Below are positions 1-10,447 of a DNA stretch of 36,391 nt, piece after piece (the stretch's first letter is position 1; every line of letters begins with the position of its first letter). The stretch is from a virus. Lineage: Duplodnaviria > Heunggongvirae > Uroviricota > Caudoviricetes. Made by a program: the position numbers and the translations under genes. Location of the stretch: the IMG/VR virus record IMGVR_UViG_2778261056_000002; one strand, written 5' to 3'. The notes under the pieces were generated by a model. It saw only the letters and a program-made list of their open reading frames with translations, did not search any database and was not told the DNA's origin.

Positions 1-344
1 TAGAACCCTGCTTCTTTACAGGTATCACCAATTATCGCGTTGGTTAATCCAAGGTTTTCGAGAGCCTTTTGCACCGTGCCGTCCAATTTGATATCGCCAA
101 ACGGATTCTTGCGGCTTAACAGCAACGCGCGAAGCGCGGTAAGTAGCTGATCCGTTTTTTTGGGGTCAGGTTGAATATGTGCACCACCAAGAACATTAAG
201 GAGTTCCTGCTGTAAATCACGGGTTGCCCCCTGCTGATTGTTTAAATAACCAGCAGTCACGAGGGTTCCTTCTATCCCCTGAGTGGGGTCACCATCATGA
301 AACAATTGATCCGGTGTATTTATCGGGGGCATCAGATTTTGCAT
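1..344 (-). CDS. Tail fibre protein, N-terminal part; the gene continues past the window start
   Basis: Minus-strand ATG at about 342..344 overlaps the stop of the upstream baseplate gene (TAATG); the frame stays open to position 1 ([26 protein letters not shown]...); position after the gpI-like gene matches tail fibre. Confidence 0.45.
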   Translation of the reverse strand, partial: MQNLMPPINTPDQLFHDGDPTQGIEGTLVTAGYLNNQQGATRDLQQELLNVLGGAHIQPDPKKTDQLLTALRALLLSRKNPFGDIKLDGTVQKALENLGLTNAIIGDTCKEAGF

Positions 345-916
345 TACTGCTCCTCCTTATATGTGAAATGGCAATAAGTAAAAGCGGGTTTAAGGTCTTT
401 AAATGTTTCTTCCAGTACAGGGGCACCAAAGGAAAGTAACGGCTCCCCGGCAGCAGATACTCCGGTTCTGAATCTGTAGGCTGGCGTTCTGCTTCCTGTG
501 ACATTAACCTGCCAAATCCATCGGGCATCTGTTATATAGAGACGATCACCACATCGGTTTATCCCCGCTCTGAATGGATGAAGTTCAGTAATTGTTATGG
601 TGTACCCGAGGCTGGCTGCAAGTTGTTTAAAATAAGGGATAGATAACCCACCAGTTGCAGCCATCTTTATAAGAATATTTTCTCGGCGTTCCTGCTGTGT
701 GGCACCGTCGCGGGGTATTACTCCATACACTCGTTCCCAGTCAGACAGCGTCATGGATGCGTAAAATGGTGTGACAGATGCAAGCACTCGTGCAGCTGAC
801 GCTTTTACTTCATCCATAATGGCTGCTTCTGCGTTCAGTTCTGCTGAAATATATTTCCCGTTCGGGTCATAGCTGACCGGTGGTAACATGGCACGAAATA
901 AATCAACCGTATTCAT
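344..916 (-). CDS. Baseplate protein, Mu gp48 / P2 gpI-like
   Basis: 190 aa ORF, last gene of the baseplate cluster; family recognised from sequence and position. Confidence 0.6.
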   Translation of the reverse strand: MNTVDLFRAMLPPVSYDPNGKYISAELNAEAAIMDEVKASAARVLASVTPFYASMTLSDWERVYGVIPRDGATQQERRENILIKMAATGGLSIPYFKQLAASLGYTITITELHPFRAGINRCGDRLYITDARWIWQVNVTGSRTPAYRFRTGVSAAGEPLLSFGAPVLEETFKDLKPAFTYCHFTYKEEQ

Positions 917-919
917 GTA

Positions 920-1999
920 TTAACTCTCCCGGGGAAATGGCTGGATATCAATACTCCCCGGACGCAGCCACTCCCATGTGGATTCATTGACAACTGCTTT
1001 TACATTATCTGACGGCATAATAATTCGCCGGTCACTGACGCCAGAAATTAATGAAATCTGAGTTTCCAGTTGTGAAATAATTAATTCCTGCCCCGGCTCC
1101 AGCCGGTTCATAAAATCCGTGATAACTTCAGTTATCTGTGGTTTTATCTGTTCAACAGTAAGACCACTGGTTTTTACCCGGACAACGAAATCAACGGCTT
1201 TTTTCGTCGGGGCCAGCACCATCGTGTCCTTCGCTGTCACCGGGCGGACTTCCTCAATATGTGCCAGCACGGCATTAATCAGTTCCTGCGAAGGGAGGTC
1301 ATTGGCTGACGTAATGGCCACATCAACCGTCCCCAGTCCACGACGCAACGGCTCCACATACGCAGACGTAACGCCATCCACTTCCAGCGCCCAGCGTTTG
1401 TAATCATATTTATTACCGCCAGCGGGCGGCCTGCGCAGAATATCCAGATAACGCGCCAGCAGGTCGGCGTCGCTTTCCCTGTCCGTTCCGCCGGTCAGGG
1501 ATTTAATCGTCACCGTGCTGTTGATGCCTTCAGGTGGGCTGACCAGCGTTGCCGTCTGCGTCGTGGATGCATTCGTCTGTGCACCCGTGGCAGTGCTTTT
1601 TACCGTCACCTCTGCGCTGCCTTCATCACCGACGGTGCAGTCTGCTGCGGTGGCCACGCTGACACCTTCACCACGAATTTCCGCACCGGCTGGCAGCGTC
1701 TTACCGGGTGTGCCGGTAATCACTGCCGGACCGGATGAGGCCGTTGCTTTTTTACGAAAAACATTGCGCGTGCGGCAGTGCAACTCCAGATATTCAGGGT
1801 CTGCCGTATCAGGAAACACCTGACGGAGTATCCACCCCTGATGCATATACAGTCCGTCCGCCACGCCGGATACGGCATTTGCACGAATGCGGTAATCGCT
1901 GTCAGCACCGGTGTCGATGGTTTCGCCCGGCAGGGCGTTAGCGATATCACGTAGCTGGCGTTCTGTGTTTTCAGCAACGCCCGGAACAGGAAACGGCAT
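920..1999 (-). CDS. Baseplate J-like protein (Mu gp47-like)
   Basis: 359 aa ORF in baseplate cluster; size and position fit the Baseplate_J family. Confidence 0.7.
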   Translation of the reverse strand: MPFPVPGVAENTERQLRDIANALPGETIDTGADSDYRIRANAVSGVADGLYMHQGWILRQVFPDTADPEYLELHCRTRNVFRKKATASSGPAVITGTPGKTLPAGAEIRGEGVSVATAADCTVGDEGSAEVTVKSTATGAQTNASTTQTATLVSPPEGINSTVTIKSLTGGTDRESDADLLARYLDILRRPPAGGNKYDYKRWALEVDGVTSAYVEPLRRGLGTVDVAITSANDLPSQELINAVLAHIEEVRPVTAKDTMVLAPTKKAVDFVVRVKTSGLTVEQIKPQITEVITDFMNRLEPGQELIISQLETQISLISGVSDRRIIMPSDNVKAVVNESTWEWLRPGSIDIQPFPRES

Positions 2000-2349
2000 T
2001 ACATAATCCTCACAGGGTGTTCAAACGTCTGCGGTGTGCCCGCGTTATCCGTGACGGTGATTAACAGCAACAACCAGCCGCGCTGCCCCGGTTTTGTGTC
2101 AACGGTAATGGATTTTGCCCGCCCGTCATCGAGCAGGGGCTGAAGTGCCTGGCTGGCATACTGCGCCGCAAGCTTATGAACACGGGAAACGTCTTTTTCC
2201 CGCTTCAGCTCGTGCAGGCGTGACCCCAGCGACGCATCCGCCCAGTAACTGCCAAGCGGCGTCGCCAGTCGCAGATAAACCGCGTTATGAAGGGTATAAA
2301 TCCGACGGCGTTCGTAGTCGCCGGTTGCAGGTGAAATCGTCTGGTCCAT
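1999..2349 (-). CDS. Baseplate wedge protein (Mu gp46 / P2 gpW-like)
   Basis: 116 aa ORF whose stop overlaps the start of the J-like gene. Confidence 0.6.
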   Translation of the reverse strand: MDQTISPATGDYERRRIYTLHNAVYLRLATPLGSYWADASLGSRLHELKREKDVSRVHKLAAQYASQALQPLLDDGRAKSITVDTKPGQRGWLLLLITVTDNAGTPQTFEHPVRIM

Positions 2350-2402
2350 GCCGCCAGTCTGGCAGCATGGACAGGTCAGAATCAGGTGAGGGTGTTCAGC
2401 AC

Positions 2403-3056
2403 TTAATTAACCGGCGTGTCAGACATGCCGTGTGGGGTTGGATGTTTGTGCGTTCCGATTTTAACGCCATTAATGGTGACGTCAACGGAGGTAATCACTC
2501 CACCCACATGGTTGATATTGCCTTCAAAGGTGGCAGTGTATCCCTTGCCCCCACTGATGGCCATGCCACCGTTGCCGGTGATTTTGCCTTCCACCGTCAG
2601 CCTGTCACTGGCTGTCAGTAACGGTGTCGTGAATGTGGCGTTCTCCTCTGCCTCAACCTCGTAGCGTTTGCATTTCACGCGATAAACGTCACATTCGGTT
2701 TCAATAACCCGTCCGCGCTTCAGTACGATTTTCGCGCCTTCATCGGTATACAGGGCCACTTCCCCGGGTTTCAGTTCCGTCAGACGATATGCGCCGTGCT
2801 CTGTGGCCACCACGACAGTATGGGAGGTATTGCCGTTCAGCGGAACGGCAATACCCATTGAGCCGGGCGGCGGGGATGTGGTGAGGCCGTAATGCTGAAA
2901 ATACTCCGCACCGTCCAGCTGTTCGCCAGCCAGCCCGTTAAGCTGAAGCAGCTGTACTTTGGTCGAACTGTCCACCGTACCGGTCACCACCCTGAATGCC
3001 TGGCGAACGGCGGCCAGTGCCTGCTGTACGCGTTGATTAACTTTGTCCCACATCAT
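2403..3056 (-). CDS. Baseplate spike / assembly protein V-like (Mu gp45-like)
   Basis: 217 aa; Gly-rich C-terminal needle-like region (GKITGNGGMAISGGKGYTATFEG...GTHKHPTPHG) typical of gpV spikes. Confidence 0.7.
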   Translation of the reverse strand: MMWDKVNQRVQQALAAVRQAFRVVTGTVDSSTKVQLLQLNGLAGEQLDGAEYFQHYGLTTSPPPGSMGIAVPLNGNTSHTVVVATEHGAYRLTELKPGEVALYTDEGAKIVLKRGRVIETECDVYRVKCKRYEVEAEENATFTTPLLTASDRLTVEGKITGNGGMAISGGKGYTATFEGNINHVGGVITSVDVTINGVKIGTHKHPTPHGMSDTPVN

Positions 3057-4264
3057 TTCTCCCAGACCTTAACAATGGCGACCTCTTTTTTCTTTTTGCC
3101 CCTGCGGTGATGGCGTTTCTTCTCGCGCGGGAAGGCATCAGGTATCCACACGCCGTCCTCCTTAAAGCGGAGCCGGGTTGTCTGCCCGTTCCGGCCTCCG
3201 CTGAACTCACGCCCCATCAGGAAAAAGATGGCATCAATGCCGTGGAGTTCGCTGACAATTCGCACCCGCTGGCCGGGCTGCCACAGAACACCATCTGCCG
3301 TGCGATGACCTGCAACCAGCGCGACGATATCCAGCCCCGACAGGCGGGCATCACTCATCATTTTTTTTGCGCGCCAGTTCACCTGCTCCAGATTGCTGGT
3401 GTCGCCCTGGGTGATTATCTGCGGGCGGTAATAATCCACGGTGGGGTCGGTGGCAACGGCTTTCATGTTATGAATGCCTGTCTGGCCACTGTCCGTATTA
3501 CCGCTGTCCTGCCCGGACAATGTGCGCACGCTGCCGTCCTCGTTCCAGATATCCAGCGGCACCACGGCCACCTGTTTCTTGCTGTCTGCGCGGCGGGCGT
3601 GGCTCTGGGCCAGCACAGTAAGTTCGGAGAAACAGCCGTTAATGGACTGGGTATCGTCCAGCTCCATCACGTTGTTCCCGGTGCCGTTCAGCTTCAGAAT
3701 CAGCGTATCCACCGGCGTGGTGGTGTAGTCAGGGCCACCCACAACCAGCGTCCCGTCAGGCTCAAACCACGGCCATAAGCCGCGACCGGCGGCAGCTTTG
3801 GCCAGTGCATCCCACGCACGCATCCCAGGCTCAATAACAACTTTGTCATTACGTGACACACCGGACGCCTGTATACGGATGCGCTGTATCCCCAGTGGTC
3901 TGACTATCCTGTCGATGACCTCGTCCAGCGTCAGCTGATTGGCGCTGAACACCGGCGCGGCACAGTCCACCAGAATGGCAGCATCATCACGCCCGGACAG
4001 GGCCAGCGTGCAGCTCTGACGGGACACACTGCGGCGCACGCTGTCTATGCGCCCACTGAGCACCGTTTCGTCTCCCACCTGCAACCGGATTTGTGCGCCC
4101 CGGACGATATCCGCCGGGAACACCTTTTCAGGCAGCCCCAGCTGAAGCTGCCAGCCGTCGGCAGCTTTCAGGAAATCGCTGTCAATACGATAACTGCTCC
4201 AGTCAGAATGCGACCTTCCGGCAATGACCAGGCTGATTTTGTCTTCGTTATTTGGCGTAGGCAT
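3053..4264 (-). CDS. Baseplate hub / tail protein (Mu P/gp44, P2 gpD-like)
   Basis: 403 aa ORF between DNA-circulation and spike genes; overlapping start/stop coupling. Confidence 0.6.
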   Translation of the reverse strand: MPTPNNEDKISLVIAGRSHSDWSSYRIDSDFLKAADGWQLQLGLPEKVFPADIVRGAQIRLQVGDETVLSGRIDSVRRSVSRQSCTLALSGRDDAAILVDCAAPVFSANQLTLDEVIDRIVRPLGIQRIRIQASGVSRNDKVVIEPGMRAWDALAKAAAGRGLWPWFEPDGTLVVGGPDYTTTPVDTLILKLNGTGNNVMELDDTQSINGCFSELTVLAQSHARRADSKKQVAVVPLDIWNEDGSVRTLSGQDSGNTDSGQTGIHNMKAVATDPTVDYYRPQIITQGDTSNLEQVNWRAKKMMSDARLSGLDIVALVAGHRTADGVLWQPGQRVRIVSELHGIDAIFFLMGREFSGGRNGQTTRLRFKEDGVWIPDAFPREKKRHHRRGKKKKEVAIVKVWEK

Positions 4265-5597
4265 TAATTACCACCCCGGCGGTTATGTTGTTCGGGTCAC
4301 GTAACTGCGGGTTCAGGCGTTGCAGTTCTGCCGCACGACTGTAATCGCCGTACCACTGCCACGCCAGCAACAGCAGACAGCTGTCCGCCTGCACCTGTTT
4401 CTGCGTCAGCGGTGGGCGGCGTGACAGAACCAGCAGGCCGACATCCTGCACGGTTGCCGCCACGTTTTTCATGCTCTGAATGATTTCCGGGTACATCAGC
4501 CCCAGCGGTGATGCGGTTTCGGTTATCCGTTCGCGTTCGCCTTCATAGCGTTCACGGAACAGCGTGATGGCAGCCTGTAAGCGGGTGCGCACATCCCCGA
4601 CCAGTCGCCCGATATCCGCCGGTATAAGCTGTTCTGACTGCGCATCATCAACCAGTATCGCCATTGCAACACTGGCCAGTTCAGATGCGGCCTGTGTTGC
4701 GTAAACTGCTTTCACATCCTGCACATCGTCTGGCGAGGCATCCACAGGAAGTGCCACCTCCGCTACTTTATCGCCACTGACCAGGGTAACAGGCAACGCA
4801 ACAAATTCATCCATATCAGTGATGACCTTATTCCAGCAGTTCATCACTGTCGCAGAACTGGCGACGGTCGTCTCTCCTGCCAACCCGGTCCGGGTGGCAG
4901 AATCAACACGTTGCAGAACCTGCACCGGTTGCCCGACATCTGATGTGTGGATTTCCAGCACCTCTGCCAGTTCATTGATAAATTTTCCGGGTTCGCCTGC
5001 CAGTGACACGATATTATCGACAGTGGAGACAAAATCACTTTTGAACGACAGCAGGGTATTCACCAGTGTGGCACGCACTGTCTGGGCTTTTTTAATCATG
5101 CTGTTAACGGTATTTAAAGGTGCAGTAACGGCATCAAAAAAATCACTTAACCGCGCCTGTAAAGTGTCCAGTTCATCAAACAACTGTTGCGCGAACAGCT
5201 CCGGTAACGGGGTGCTGAACAACGCGCTACCGGTGCGGTTTTCCAGAAAACTCATGTCAATGGTGCAGCTGTCCGGGCTTTCTGCGTCATGGCGGATGCT
5301 GTAGCCGGTCACAATCACCGACGGCACAGAGCCATAAACCGGATGAATCAGTTCACCATCGCCGCCTTCATCCAGGGCGGCGGTCAGTTTCCCGAGTTTA
5401 TATTCATAGTCATCGCCCCACAGGAACGCCGTCATGCGGAACGGTCGCGCCTTGCGTCCGAGGTCGTGCAAATCCGCCCCGTCAACAAACGGGTATTCAT
5501 AGACCGCATGGTCGCGGCTGATTTGTTCGTCAGTATTCAGCACCTCAAACTGCACGCCACGAAAGGAAGCGTTTTGCAGGTTTTCAGCCCAGCCCAT
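4248..5597 (-). CDS. DNA circulation protein (Mu N/gp43-like)
   Basis: 449 aa ORF immediately downstream of the tape measure gene, the conserved Mu-like position. Confidence 0.65.
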   Translation of the reverse strand: MGWAENLQNASFRGVQFEVLNTDEQISRDHAVYEYPFVDGADLHDLGRKARPFRMTAFLWGDDYEYKLGKLTAALDEGGDGELIHPVYGSVPSVIVTGYSIRHDAESPDSCTIDMSFLENRTGSALFSTPLPELFAQQLFDELDTLQARLSDFFDAVTAPLNTVNSMIKKAQTVRATLVNTLLSFKSDFVSTVDNIVSLAGEPGKFINELAEVLEIHTSDVGQPVQVLQRVDSATRTGLAGETTVASSATVMNCWNKVITDMDEFVALPVTLVSGDKVAEVALPVDASPDDVQDVKAVYATQAASELASVAMAILVDDAQSEQLIPADIGRLVGDVRTRLQAAITLFRERYEGERERITETASPLGLMYPEIIQSMKNVAATVQDVGLLVLSRRPPLTQKQVQADSCLLLLAWQWYGDYSRAAELQRLNPQLRDPNNITAGVVINAYAK

Positions 5598-7870
5598 CAG
5601 TAAGTTCCTCCCGTACCTCTGTTACCGTCCTGAAGGTTGTATTTGTTCACTGCCTCCGCCACGACCTGACCATCGAGCACCAGTTGTGTGGTGAAATTAA
5701 TGGGGCTGGCAGGTGGCCCCCAGTGCGTGAGGTATTCCGGCTGGGTGATGCGTCCGGGTTGAGTTGATGCCGGTTCAGGCTTTGTGTTTCCTGCGGCTTT
5801 GTTAACCTGCGCCGGTGATGGCAGGGCATCAGCTGCGGCTTTTTTCCTGTCTTCCTCCCAGCGCCTCAACCATTCTTCGTTTTCGGTGGAATAGCCTTCC
5901 CCAAACTGCCACCATGGCTGGTATTTTTTGCGGGCGGCGTCGATTTCTTCCTGGGTGTATCGGGCGCGGATGCGTTTCCAGCGTTCTTCGCTTCCTTCGA
6001 CGGCGGCGTCTTCCTCCGGGCTGGTTGCGGTGGCCAGTGCCGTAACAGTGCCACCTAAAGAAAGCAGGCCACCGGCAATACCGGGGAATTTAAATCCTTT
6101 GCCTTTTTTGACCGTGTTTTCAATTACATCACCAACAACCTCGCCAGTCTTGCCACCGGGTTTACCCCCGGTCAGGATTTTGATCCCGGCCCATGTCAGA
6201 GCCGCTGCGGTCATCGCTTCAATCGCAGTTGTGGCACCCACCACCGCCGTGGTCAGCCCCGGAAACTTTTCACCCGCCCAGCTTATGGCATCGGCCACAG
6301 TACCGGACGCATCAGCCAGTTTTTTCATGCTGTCCATTTGTGAAAATTCAAGCGTGTTTTTAGCCTGTTCGGTTTTAAAATCATTGAGGCCGGATATGAA
6401 TCTGAAATCAACATCCCCCGCGCGCTGGCCTTCCGGCAGGGTACGTTGCTGATTAATCGCGTCTTCAACCTTCTTACGGTATTCCGGGTTGTTACGGTAG
6501 GCTAACAACGCCATCAACGCCTGACGGTCTGCAACCAGTTTCCCGACACCAAAGCCTTCAAGGAGTTTTGCCATCGAATCGTAAACAGCCGTCTGTTCAC
6601 CTTTATCCCGGGCAGATGACAGTTTCTTTTGCAACTCCTGATAGCGTTTATCGTTGGCAACGATTTTATCTATCAGGCTGGAAAGCGCGTCTATCGGATC
6701 CAGCCCATGCTTGCGCGCTTCAGTCAGCGTACCTGAAAAATCAATCCCTTTACCGTTGTAATCAATGCTCTTTGCCGCAGTTTCAATATCATGGCTGGTC
6801 AGTTTAGCCAGCAGGTTAACCACGTTATTCCCTGCTTCATCACTGCTACCAGCCGTGATCGCGGCGGCTTCATTCAGCGCAAGAATCTTGACGAAATCAT
6901 CCTTGCCTTTCATTCCCGCAGCTGACGCAGATCCCATTTGTTGGGATAACCAGCGGGCCATATCGTTCAGTTCAAAGCTGCCTTCTTTTCCTGCCGCAAT
7001 CGCCATATTCAGGACAGTGGAAATATCTTCATCCCGGAATCCAAAGGTCTTTTTGCCCTTAAGCATCACATTAGCCAGGTCTGTCGCTGATGCACCAGAA
7101 GCCGTGGCGTATTTCATCAGTTCAGGTAGCCACTTGCTGGCTGTGTCAAATGAAATACCGCCATCTTTCAGCAGGGCATCCAGTGTTTCGGCTGCATCCT
7201 CTTTTGTGCCGCCACCATAGGTCACCGCGTTACGGATGCTGCTTTTCATCTGCTCAAGACCGGCTTTGCGCCCCTCCAGCCCGCCATCACTGAAGGCGGT
7301 ATTGGCCATCATTGCCAGCTGGCGTTCGTAGCTCATCTGCTTTTTGACCGGCTGCGCCATAATGGCAGCACCTGCCGCGATACCACCACCTATTGTCACG
7401 GCATTCCCGCCAAATGCAGCCGCACGCGCAAAACGCCCCCGTTCAGGGATAACAGGCGTTTTCGCCATCTTCATCTGAGCCTGAGTGACGCCATCCAGTT
7501 CACGCTTGAGTGCCCGGGCTTTTTCCCGGGTGGCCTGCATGGCGCGCTCCTGCTCCTGCGCAGATTCAAAACCGGCGCGGGCCAGACGGTTATAGCTGGC
7601 AACCGTCTGATAAATTTCACGCCGGATCTCGCGTTCTGCACGAATACCGAGCGTTTCCCGGGCACGGGCGGCACGCTGTATCTCTTTTGCCGCCTTTTTC
7701 GTGCTGTTAACGCTTTCCTGCCCGGTACGCGTCTGCTCTGCGCCTGCCTTCCGGGTTGCCTTTGTTACACCTTCGGTGGCTTTGATAACCTGTTTTTGTC
7801 CCTTTTCCAGAACCTGCGAGGCTTCGTCCTTCGCAGTCAGGGTCATGCCAACTTTGAAATTACCGGCCAT
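5597..7870 (-). CDS. Tail tape measure protein
   Basis: 757 aa, Ala/Gly-rich with coiled-coil segments, located between chaperone and baseplate genes. Confidence 0.8.
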   Translation of the reverse strand: MAGNFKVGMTLTAKDEASQVLEKGQKQVIKATEGVTKATRKAGAEQTRTGQESVNSTKKAAKEIQRAARARETLGIRAEREIRREIYQTVASYNRLARAGFESAQEQERAMQATREKARALKRELDGVTQAQMKMAKTPVIPERGRFARAAAFGGNAVTIGGGIAAGAAIMAQPVKKQMSYERQLAMMANTAFSDGGLEGRKAGLEQMKSSIRNAVTYGGGTKEDAAETLDALLKDGGISFDTASKWLPELMKYATASGASATDLANVMLKGKKTFGFRDEDISTVLNMAIAAGKEGSFELNDMARWLSQQMGSASAAGMKGKDDFVKILALNEAAAITAGSSDEAGNNVVNLLAKLTSHDIETAAKSIDYNGKGIDFSGTLTEARKHGLDPIDALSSLIDKIVANDKRYQELQKKLSSARDKGEQTAVYDSMAKLLEGFGVGKLVADRQALMALLAYRNNPEYRKKVEDAINQQRTLPEGQRAGDVDFRFISGLNDFKTEQAKNTLEFSQMDSMKKLADASGTVADAISWAGEKFPGLTTAVVGATTAIEAMTAAALTWAGIKILTGGKPGGKTGEVVGDVIENTVKKGKGFKFPGIAGGLLSLGGTVTALATATSPEEDAAVEGSEERWKRIRARYTQEEIDAARKKYQPWWQFGEGYSTENEEWLRRWEEDRKKAAADALPSPAQVNKAAGNTKPEPASTQPGRITQPEYLTHWGPPASPINFTTQLVLDGQVVAEAVNKYNLQDGNRGTGGTY

Positions 7871-8032
7871 TTTTCTGTTTACCTTTTCTGCGTTTCTTTC
7901 TGAGGGATTTAAATGACTGGCGGGTGGTCTGTGAGGTGTCCTTTCTTCCTGAGCCGCCGCCGTTCAGCCTGTCAACGGCGGCAAGCCAGCCGTCCAGCTC
8001 GGGACGGCTCATGGTCATGATTTGTTCTTCGG
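7860..8032 (-). CDS. -1 frame extension of the tail assembly chaperone (putative programmed frameshift product, G/GT-type)
   Basis: The -1 frame relative to the chaperone is open from inside its 3' end across the whole 162 bp gap and stops at a TAA overlapping the tape measure ATG (..EEQIMTMSRPELDGWLAAVDRLNGGGSGRKD..KKRRKGKQKNGR). Confidence 0.35.
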
Positions 8033-8416
8033 TTATTCCGTAGCGCCCGAGGATAAGGACTGCGAGCCGGAGTCCGGCGAGCCGGGATTCCCGCCGCTCC
8101 GCTTTACCTTCAGGACGTTGCGTGATGCCAGCAGAATATTAAAATCTTCCGGCGTCATGTTGTCGTGCAACAGCTCCGCCGTCAGTTCTTCCTGCGGAAT
8201 ATCCCCCAGACGGACCAGCGTTGCCGCCATTACCGCACAGCGGTAGTAATAATCCGCCGCGAAGCCGTCCACTGTCTGAAAGCGTTCTTCAGTTTCTTCC
8301 AGTGCCTGCCCGTTATCACGCATGACCGGCAGACGCAGCTCAAAGTTTTTATGAATGGTGCCGTTAAAAACCAGACCATCGGACAGTTCGCCGGTCTGTG
8401 TAGCGATAATCGTCAT
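8033..8416 (-). CDS. Tail assembly chaperone (Mu gp41-like)
   Basis: 127 aa acidic ORF between tube and tape measure genes; open -1 frame downstream. Confidence 0.55.
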   Translation of the reverse strand: MTIIATQTGELSDGLVFNGTIHKNFELRLPVMRDNGQALEETEERFQTVDGFAADYYYRCAVMAATLVRLGDIPQEELTAELLHDNMTPEDFNILLASRNVLKVKRSGGNPGSPDSGSQSLSSGATE

Positions 8417-8787
8417 CCTTCCACCTTCCTGAGTGCAGCCATTTTGATATCAATTTTCGCTTCATTATCGACGGTGTATTTCTCACCCACTTCGGTTGTG
8501 AAGCAGTCCAGATAAGAGGTGCGTTTACCGCTGTTACTGAGCGGGTACAGCGAGATTTTCACACCTTCCAGATTTTCCCAGTCCGGCTCGTTGGTATCAG
8601 GAATAACCGCCGAAACGGACAGTTCGTAGGTGGCAATGCCACGGGCAAAGCCTTTAGCCCTGCCGGTTTTGTTCATGGTCTTGACCAGCTTTCGCCCGGT
8701 GTTGATCTGAACATCAAGGTCGGTGATCTCGATTTCCTGGCTGTCAATTTCCAACACAATCGAGCCGATATATTCTTTCAGGGACAT
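8413..8787 (-). CDS. Tail tube protein (Mu M/gp40-like)
   Basis: 124 aa ORF immediately downstream of the sheath gene. Confidence 0.7.
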   Translation of the reverse strand: MSLKEYIGSIVLEIDSQEIEITDLDVQINTGRKLVKTMNKTGRAKGFARGIATYELSVSAVIPDTNEPDWENLEGVKISLYPLSNSGKRTSYLDCFTTEVGEKYTVDNEAKIDIKMAALRKVEG

Positions 8788-8799
8788 TTATCAGGCTCC

Positions 8800-10221
8800 T
8801 TACAAAATCATGTCGATGCGACCGGCAAACACATGCAGGCCGTTAACCACGTCGGCAGGGATCGCGCAGTCCAGGCGATTTGCATCTTTCCCGTTTCGCT
8901 GAACGCGCAGTTTTGCCTTATTCGCTTCCACATTCTCCAGAATTTCAGACTCCTCCAGCTTGAGCAGCACGTCATACAGTTCGCTTTCCACTTTTGCGAT
9001 GGTTCGGGTGCTGAGTTTTTCACGCGGGAAGCGAAGGCTGATACGTTCGCGGCACGCCTTGCGGGTGTAGTCCAGCGTTCTGATGGACGTGATATCCAGT
9101 AACGAGACATCAGCCACACCCTGAGCGTTCACTGTGTAGGTACTGACCGCACGCACAATCTGCACCGTATTACCCGGTCCAACCTCAACCGGTGTCAGGC
9201 CGTTATGCAGGGCGCTTTCCTGCTCGTTACGGCTTTCGCGCTGTGACATGGCGACCACATCCAGCCCGGACAGCGCCAGCGAGTTCAGCGGGCGTGCCGG
9301 GTCTTCTTCGCTCGCCATTACTGCGCCGTAGATGGCGGCCAGCACAGCAGGAAGCATCACAGAACCACGATACCAGGGGACAGACACGCGCCCGCTGTTC
9401 ACACCGGCTGCCAGGGTGATCCCGTTTCCCAGACTACCTGTCCAGCCCGCACAACCAATCGCGCCACGCTGTTCCATCGCGTTCCCGGTTTTCTCCAGGT
9501 GCTGCTTCAGGGCGGCAAGGGCTGGCGTGGTACTGAACGGACAAATCAGAATGTTGTGACCGGCAGCAAAGACCGCATCAAGTGCGGGCTGAATATCCGG
9601 GTCCATTTCGCCGCTCGCCATCGGCGTGGTAGCCACTACAAGGCCGGTTGCAGTGGTGGATACCGACAGGGTGATATCATTCCCCCAGGTACCTTTGGTC
9701 CGGGCGGTCACTGTCAGTTGAGAGGTGTCAGATTTGTATTCCCCCGTGACCAGAAGCGATGGCGTCTGCGTCATTGCCGTCACCAGTGCCGGAATGATTT
9801 TCGACGGTTCATCCCCGACGTCCACATTAATGGCGATCTGCTCGCCAGCAATCCATACCGACAGCGTACCGCTGCTGGTTGCAGTGCCGGTGACTTTAAC
9901 TGCGCCTGTTGCCGCTTTTCCTGCACCACCGTCTGCAATACCGATAACATCCAGTTGCAGATAGCTGTTGGCGTTAATGGCCGCGCGCGCCATTGCTGCG
10001 GCCAGTGAACCGGCCCCGAAATACAAATCCGCTTCGTCTTCGGAATACACGGAAACCGCATTCAGGGGGGTGGCGGTGCCATCAGGCAGCATCGGGCCAA
10101 TCACCAGAACACGCTGTTCGTTACCCGGCAACGTGTTAACGGCCAGCCGGGTATTAAACTCAAAATGCACACCGGGCTTACGGATACTGCCCGAAATGGT
10201 GTCAAACTGAATTTCACTCAT
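8800..10221 (-). CDS. Contractile tail sheath protein (Mu L/gp39-like)
   Basis: 473 aa ORF, sheath size, followed by tube gene. Confidence 0.85.
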   Translation of the reverse strand: MSEIQFDTISGSIRKPGVHFEFNTRLAVNTLPGNEQRVLVIGPMLPDGTATPLNAVSVYSEDEADLYFGAGSLAAAMARAAINANSYLQLDVIGIADGGAGKAATGAVKVTGTATSSGTLSVWIAGEQIAINVDVGDEPSKIIPALVTAMTQTPSLLVTGEYKSDTSQLTVTARTKGTWGNDITLSVSTTATGLVVATTPMASGEMDPDIQPALDAVFAAGHNILICPFSTTPALAALKQHLEKTGNAMEQRGAIGCAGWTGSLGNGITLAAGVNSGRVSVPWYRGSVMLPAVLAAIYGAVMASEEDPARPLNSLALSGLDVVAMSQRESRNEQESALHNGLTPVEVGPGNTVQIVRAVSTYTVNAQGVADVSLLDITSIRTLDYTRKACRERISLRFPREKLSTRTIAKVESELYDVLLKLEESEILENVEANKAKLRVQRNGKDANRLDCAIPADVVNGLHVFAGRIDMIL

Positions 10222-10447
10222 CGGAGCCCACCTGTTTCTCTTTCTTCGCCTTCGCTTTTTCTGGTCCGGTGTCCTGTTCTGCCGTTTCAGGCTCTTCAGC
10301 CACCAGAATCAGGTCACCATCCTGAACAGCGCGCCGGTAATAAGCGGTGTTTTCAACGATCACCGCTTCCGTGGTGATGTATTTCCGGGCGTTATCCTCC
10401 ATCGGGAACTTCATCCCGGGAGCCGCCTTAACCTTCATTTTGTTCAT
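10214..10447 (-). CDS. Small conserved protein upstream of sheath (Mu gp38-like)
   Basis: 77 aa ORF with Lys/Glu-rich tail, coupled to sheath gene. Confidence 0.5.
   Translation of the reverse strand: MNKMKVKAAPGMKFPMEDNARKYITTEAVIVENTAYYRRAVQDGDLILVAEEPETAEQDTGPEKAKAKKEKQVGSDE

Noticed and set aside
295-528. 77 aa minus-strand ORF
   Set aside because: It overlaps the baseplate gene and the tail fibre start in a different frame and has no RBS.
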